Position numbers and translations under genes: made by a program | Source: Methylococcus sp. | GTDB lineage: Bacteria; Pseudomonadota; Gammaproteobacteria; Methylococcales; Methylococcaceae | DNA: 24,000 nucleotides | Direction of reading: 5' to 3' | Assembly (NCBI GenBank): GCA_035559395.1 | Contig: DATMAX010000013.1 | Coordinates: 117,103-141,102, forward strand | Shown: piece after piece, positions 19,752-24,000 of the stretch | Position numbering within the stretch: the stretch's first letter is position 1 | Layout of the letters: every line of letters begins with the position of its first letter | The notes under the pieces: model-generated | Database searches by the model: none | What the model was told of the DNA's origin: nothing | What the model saw: only the letters and a program-made list of their open reading frames with translations

Positions 19752-20363
19752 TCACCCCTTGGTACTCGCGTAATCGGCGATTTTCTGCGCCAGTTTCGCC
19801 ATCAGCTTGTCGAAGCCCTCGCGATCGATGACACTGGTATATTGGGCTTTCTTCAAGGCCAGGTCACTGATTCCATCCACGATGATGTTGATGATTTTCC
19901 ATTTGTCATCGAACTGGTTGACCATATAGTCGAACTTCACGGGATTCTCTTTCGGGATGATCATCTGATATCGTAATACCAGGCGGTCCGGTCTGAGCGT
20001 CTGTTCCGATTCGTATTTGAACTGTTCGCCGCCGTAACTGTTGAACTGCGCCGCGTAGGTGGCGATGCTGAGTTCGGTAAGCGTCTTCACGAATTTGGCC
20101 TTTTGCTCCTCGGTCAAAGTCTTCCAATGACTGCCGAGTGCGATCTGAGCCACGGCTTCGAACTGAAAAACCTCGCGAACCACCGGCTCCAGCCGCTTGT
20201 AACGCCCCTGATAACCGAGTTGTTTCGCTTCCTTCATCACACCAATCAGAGCCGCATTCAATCGCTCGACGACCGCTTTGGCCGCTTCGACCCCGGACTC
20301 GGCCGCGCTGGCCATCGCGCTTGCCAGAACGAGCGCCAGCGCTCCAATCATTCGCAAGTACAT
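19752..20363 (-). CDS. hpnM: MlaC/Ttg2D (toluene tolerance) family periplasmic protein, likely HpnM
   Basis: 203 aa with signal peptide MYLRMIGALALVLASAMASA, then VREVFQFEAVAQIALGSHWKTLTEEQKAKFVKTLTELSIATYAAQFNSYGGEQF and MVNQFDDKWKIINIIVDGISDLALKKAQYTSVI. HpnM rather than MlaC is inferred from hopanoid neighbourhood and the absence of mla genes here. Confidence 0.8.
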   Translation of the reverse strand: MYLRMIGALALVLASAMASAAESGVEAAKAVVERLNAALIGVMKEAKQLGYQGRYKRLEPVVREVFQFEAVAQIALGSHWKTLTEEQKAKFVKTLTELSIATYAAQFNSYGGEQFKYESEQTLRPDRLVLRYQMIIPKENPVKFDYMVNQFDDKWKIINIIVDGISDLALKKAQYTSVIDREGFDKLMAKLAQKIADYASTKG

Positions 20364-20396
20364 TGTGAATCCTCGTCATAGGCAAATTTGCAACAA

Positions 20397-20405
20397 AATA
20401 TACCA
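20397..20405 (-). promoter_or_regulatory. Possible extended -10 promoter element for hpnM
   Basis: The minus strand reads TGG-TATATT, i.e. TGn followed by a 5/6 -10 hexamer, in a locally AT-rich stretch 34 bp upstream of the start codon. Confidence 0.35.
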
Positions 20406-20593
20406 TAGGACCCACAATTCCCTGAAAACAAATGTGTTCGGCGCAATCGAGCAGTGAGGAAAACCGATGCGCATGCACTTTCCTCCGACCCCAATCGATT
20501 CGATAGAAAGGCGCCGCCGAAGCGTCGCCCGCCTAGAAGTGTCGCTGACTCTGAAGTCTGATGTCCGGCTCTTTTCCCACCGCCGTTGCCAAG

Positions 20594-20625
20594 CGCCGGC
20601 TTCATCCGAATGAAGGGGCGGTTTT
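20594..20625 (+). terminator. Orphan terminator-like hairpin in the hpnM/mtnB intergenic region
   Basis: CGCC-GG-CTTCAT-CCGA-ATGAAG-G-GGCG stem (with a small internal loop), followed by G and TTTT at 20622-20625. Confidence 0.45.
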
Positions 20626-20668
20626 CTGTGAATCATGGGTCTTGACCGTGTCCGCGAAAAAGCTCCGT

Positions 20669-20697
20669 TTGAGAATCTCCCGACACGGTTCTACAAT
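20669..20697 (+). promoter_or_regulatory. Putative sigma70 promoter for mtnBDC
   Basis: TTGAGA (20669-20674), 17-bp spacer, TACAAT (20692-20697), 35 bp upstream of the predicted mtnB start. Confidence 0.6.
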
Positions 20698-20732
20698 GCC
20701 GACCCTATTTCAAACAGCAACGACGATAAAGC

Positions 20733-21347
20733 TTGTACGAGGCAGAATTCGCAACTCGCGCCACGGAGCTAATCGAAGCCGGTCGGGCCATCGACACTCG
20801 GGGTTGGGTACCGGCCACCAGCGGCAACTTTTCCGCCCGACTCGCCGACGGCCGTATCGCCATCACGGCGTCGGGACGCCACAAAGGACGTCTCACTTCC
20901 GAAGACATCCTGCTGGTGGATGCCGAGGGGCGCTCCCTGGACGGCAGAAAACCGTCGGCGGAAACCCTGTTGCATGTGAGCCTGTACCGCCGCTATCCGG
21001 AGGTACGGGCCATCCTGCACCCACATTCCCCCGCTTCGACGCTGATTTCGCGAGTGGCGTCCGGGGCAGTGATCCTGGAAGGCTACGAACTATTGAAGGC
21101 CCTGGCCGGGATCGACACCCACGAAACCAGGATCGTCGTACCCATCTTCCCCAATGACCAGGACATCGCCCGCCTCGCCCGTCGGGTGGAGAAATACCTC
21201 GAGACCCAGGGCGACATTCGCGCCTATCTCATCGCAGGCCATGGTTTTTATACCTGGGGACGTTCGGTAGCCGAAGCCTTGCGCCATGTAGAGGCATTGG
21301 AATTTTTGTTCGATCTGGAAACTCGCATGTATGGGGTGAGCCGATGA
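20733..21347 (+). CDS. mtnB: Methylthioribulose-1-phosphate dehydratase
   Basis: 204 aa class II aldolase-like protein (GWVPATSGNFSARLADGRIAITASG, ILHPHSPASTLIS, YLIAGHGFYTWG). The start is a TTG codon in the track and is uncertain. Confidence 0.9.
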   Translation: MYEAEFATRATELIEAGRAIDTRGWVPATSGNFSARLADGRIAITASGRHKGRLTSEDILLVDAEGRSLDGRKPSAETLLHVSLYRRYPEVRAILHPHSPASTLISRVASGAVILEGYELLKALAGIDTHETRIVVPIFPNDQDIARLARRVEKYLETQGDIRAYLIAGHGFYTWGRSVAEALRHVEALEFLFDLETRMYGVSR

Positions 21348-21904
21348 GCTTGTTGACGATCCATCCGGAAACCCAGCCCGGACGCGCCGAAATCGTCCGT
21401 GACGGCGAAGCCATCGCGGCCCGCTTAGCCGAGATCGGTGTCTTGTTCGAACGCTGGAAAACCGACCGCAACCTCGAACCGGGCGCCGGGCCCGATGCGA
21501 TCCTGGCGGCCTACCGGGACTCGATTGATCGCCTGAAGGATAAGTACGGCTTCGCCACCGCCGACGTCATCAGCGTCGAACCGGACCATCCGCAAAGAAC
21601 TGAGTTGCGGAACCGTTTCCTGAGGGAACACACCCATCGCGACTTCGAAGTTCGGTTTTTTGTTGAAGGACGGGGATTGTTTTATCTCCATCCCGATGAC
21701 CGGGTTTACGCGGTACTGTGTGAAAAGGGAGATCTCTTGAGCGTGCCCGCGAATGTGCGTCATTGGTTCGATATGGGGGAAAGCCCCCATCTCAAGTGCA
21801 TCCGCCTGTTCACCACAGCGGAAGGCTGGGTGGCGGATTTCATCGGAAGTGACATCGGCGAGCGCTTTCCCAAGCTCGGCGAATACCTAGAGAGCTATAC
21901 ATGA
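21344..21904 (+). CDS. mtnD: Acireductone dioxygenase
   Basis: 186 aa ARD cupin with metal-binding pattern HTHRDFEVRFFVEG and NVRHWFDMG. ATGA overlap with mtnB. Confidence 0.94.
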   Translation: MSLLTIHPETQPGRAEIVRDGEAIAARLAEIGVLFERWKTDRNLEPGAGPDAILAAYRDSIDRLKDKYGFATADVISVEPDHPQRTELRNRFLREHTHRDFEVRFFVEGRGLFYLHPDDRVYAVLCEKGDLLSVPANVRHWFDMGESPHLKCIRLFTTAEGWVADFIGSDIGERFPKLGEYLESYT

Positions 21905-22632
21905 TCCGTGCGATCCTCACCGACATCGAAGGTACGACCTCATCCCTGTCGTTCGTCAAGGACATTCTTTTCCCCTATGCCCGCGCACGCATGGCGGATT
22001 TCATCCGCAGCCACGCCGATGACGAAATGATAGGGAACTTGTTGAATGAGACGCGGGAGGCGGCGGGCGATCCGACGCTCGACGACGAAGCCGTAATCGG
22101 TCATCTCCTCGCGTGGATCGACGAGGACCGCAAGATCACGCCGCTCAAGGCGCTGCAGGGATTGATTTGGGAGGAAGGCTACCGCCGGGGTGACTTTCAG
22201 GGACACGTGTACGAGGATGCGGTACGGCACTTGCGCGCATGGCACGCCCAAGGGCTTCGCCTCTTCATATTCTCCTCCGGTTCTGTCCATGCCCAGGAGT
22301 TATTGTTCGCTCACACCGCTTTCGGCGACCTCAGGCCCTTGTTTTCCGGTCACTTCGACACTCGGATTGGCGCCAAACAAGACCCCGAGGCCTATCGGAA
22401 AATCGCCTCTTCCATCGGTTTTGTGCCGGAGGCGATTCTCTTTCTGTCCGATATCGAAGGGGAACTGGACGCCGCCCGCGAAGCCGGCATGAACACCTTC
22501 CGTTTGGTTCGCGAGGGGGAAGTCGAGAGCGAACACCCACAGGGTTCGACCTTTGATGCCATTCCCACCAGTCTCCTCGGACTCGACCTCGCGATCACAA
22601 CTCCCCAAAGCTCCGGCAGGATTCGAATCTGA
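21901..22632 (+). CDS. mtnC: Enolase-phosphatase E1 (acireductone synthase)
   Basis: 243 aa HAD protein starting MIRAILTDIEGTTSSLSFVKDILFPYARARM, with IFSSGSVHAQELLFAHT and LFLSDIEGELDAAREAGM. ATGA overlap with mtnD. Confidence 0.94.
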   Translation: MIRAILTDIEGTTSSLSFVKDILFPYARARMADFIRSHADDEMIGNLLNETREAAGDPTLDDEAVIGHLLAWIDEDRKITPLKALQGLIWEEGYRRGDFQGHVYEDAVRHLRAWHAQGLRLFIFSSGSVHAQELLFAHTAFGDLRPLFSGHFDTRIGAKQDPEAYRKIASSIGFVPEAILFLSDIEGELDAAREAGMNTFRLVREGEVESEHPQGSTFDAIPTSLLGLDLAITTPQSSGRIRI

Positions 22633-22863
22633 TGAATCCGTGAGGGTTGATCTGGGGTCCGCGAAGCGCTTAAAGTTCATGGCTTGCGCGAACCGGGGGT
22701 CACAGACGAGTCGCCGGCTTTCCTACCCACCGGATGTCGCAAAAGTCACTGTGATGTCATAGCGAGAGATCATCCGGTCTCCGCGGCTTTTTCCGCGTCC
22801 CGGTCCCCTGTTGGTTTTGCACATGATCGAGGTTTCCTGGTGAGATCAGATCCCTTGTCCCAC

Positions 22864-23427
22864 ATGGCATACCATGCTTCCGAAAGCAGGCTCAGTCGGC
22901 GCGATTTCCTCACGCGCTTGGGTGCGGCCGCCGCCGGCATGCTGTTGTTTCCGAAAGCCAACGCCTTCGTCCAGTCACTCGGCACGGAACGTGTGCTGCA
23001 TTTGCACAATCTGCACACAGACGAAGAAATGACCCTCGTATGCTGTCCCGAACAGCACTATGACCATCGAGTGCTGCGGCAGTTCAGCTATCTGCTCCGC
23101 GACCATCACACCGACGCCATTCATCCAATGGATCCCGGATTGATCGACATTCTCTATGCCATCTCTGCTTTGACCGGCTCGCGGGGTACCTTCCAGATCA
23201 TTTCCGGTTACCGGTCTCCGGAAACCAATCACATGTTGCGGAAACTGAGTTACGGCGTGGCCGAACACAGTCTGCACATGGAAGGCAAAGCCATCGACCT
23301 GCGCATGAGCGATGTGAGTACCCGCACCATCCGCAAGGTCGCCCTTGCCCTCCGTTACGGTGGCGTCGGTTACTACCGCAGAGCCAATTTCGTCCATCTC
23401 GACACGGGAAGAATCCGGTCCTGGTAG
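22864..23427 (+). CDS. Tat-exported DUF882/YcbK-like (MepK-like) peptidase M15-type protein
   Basis: The region starting MAYHASESRLSRRDFLTRLGAAAAGMLLFPKANA carries a twin-arginine motif (SRRDFL). It continues with FQIISGYRSPETNHMLR, GVAEHSLHMEGKAIDLRM and FVHLDTG, the zinc-peptidase-like pattern. The track start 22684 is probably too early. Confidence 0.85.
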   Translation: MAYHASESRLSRRDFLTRLGAAAAGMLLFPKANAFVQSLGTERVLHLHNLHTDEEMTLVCCPEQHYDHRVLRQFSYLLRDHHTDAIHPMDPGLIDILYAISALTGSRGTFQIISGYRSPETNHMLRKLSYGVAEHSLHMEGKAIDLRMSDVSTRTIRKVALALRYGGVGYYRRANFVHLDTGRIRSW

Positions 23428-23590
23428 GTGTCCTGCCTCCGCAATCAACGGACCATGGGTGAAAGAACACCGGGGCGCGTTCACGAGGAGGTGGACACCG
23501 TCCGCCCTTGTGCGCAAACTAGACAGGGTCAAACCCCTCTTGGGGTAGATCCGTTGTCGACCATCCTCGGGAAAGATCAGGAGCAAACCC

Positions 23591-23899
23591 ATGCATCGAT
23601 TGAAAACCGTACTGGTACCGATCGCCCTTTGCAGCGGACTTACCACCACGCCTTTCGTATTCGCGGCAGGCGGTGAGTCCTATCCGGCTGCCGACTTCAA
23701 GCCGTCCGTGATTTACCGCGATCCCGGATTGCTCTATCCGGCTGCCGACTTCACACCATCCGTGATCTACCGCGACCCGGAATTGATCGAACGAACGAGC
23801 CGCGGCACGGAGTCGAAGTATCCGGCATCCGACTTCCAGCCCCGTATCATCTACCGAGATGAAGCCTACATAGCCACCCAACGCACGGAGTCCGACTGA
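23591..23899 (+). CDS. Small secreted protein of unknown function with internal repeats
   Basis: 102 aa. AGGAG ribosome-binding site upstream, signal peptide MHRLKTVLVPIALCSGLTTTPFVFA, then three copies of YPA(A/S)DFxPx(V/I)IYRD. Confidence 0.65.
   Translation: MHRLKTVLVPIALCSGLTTTPFVFAAGGESYPAADFKPSVIYRDPGLLYPAADFTPSVIYRDPELIERTSRGTESKYPASDFQPRIIYRDEAYIATQRTESD
23681..23870 (+). repeat. Three in-frame imperfect repeats encoding YPAxDFxPxxIYRD
   Basis: Unit starts at 23681, 23735 and 23819 (TATCCGGCTGCCGACTTC, TATCCGGCTGCCGACTTC, TATCCGGCATCCGACTTC). Confidence 0.85.
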
Positions 23900-24000
23900 T
23901 CGGTACGCGAATGTGCATCTCCGGTCCGGGTCATCGGCTGGCGCTCCCATGGGCGATGGCCCGGATGAGTCATTGCGCCTTGGCAAACCCGTCCCGTCCC

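Noticed and set aside
23681-23870. Repeats considered as a CRISPR-like array
   Set aside because: The units are in-frame, protein-coding, imperfect and unevenly spaced, with no direct-repeat/spacer structure and no cas genes.
23519-23986. 155 aa minus-strand ORF opposite the repeat protein, itself showing repeats
   Set aside because: Its repetitive look (DHGWCEVGSRI, NHGRLEVGSRI) is the antisense of the YPAxDF repeats. The plus strand has a signal peptide and an AGGAG ribosome-binding site; the minus strand does not show these.

Overview
The window is a GC-rich bacterial chromosomal segment. Gene content resembles a gammaproteobacterial methanotroph such as a Methylococcus relative; that assignment is inference and no search was run. 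In order it carries: parC and parE (minus strand); xseB-ispA, dxs and apt (plus); hpnH (minus); a divergent plus-strand hopanoid run (squalene/phytoene synthase family gene, shc, hpnG, hpnN, hpnO) followed by copC and a long copD; an MlaC/HpnM-family gene (minus); a methionine-salvage trio mtnB-mtnD-mtnC (plus); a Tat-type DUF882/YcbK-like peptidase; and a small secreted protein of unknown function with internal YPAxDFxPxxIYRD repeats. I see no CRISPR array, mobile element, rRNA, tRNA or recognisable defence system. The best leads are: (1) a perfect 8-bp inverted repeat overlapping the -10 of a likely promoter for the hopanoid run; (2) an adenine phosphoribosyltransferase gene beside the genes that make and cleave adenosylhopane; (3) a lone squalene-synthase-type gene instead of hpnCDE; (4) the repeat-containing secreted protein; (5) a terminator-like hairpin in an intergenic region with no plus-strand gene upstream of it. 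Long antisense ORFs in the supplied track are best explained as codon-phase shadows in GC-rich genes.
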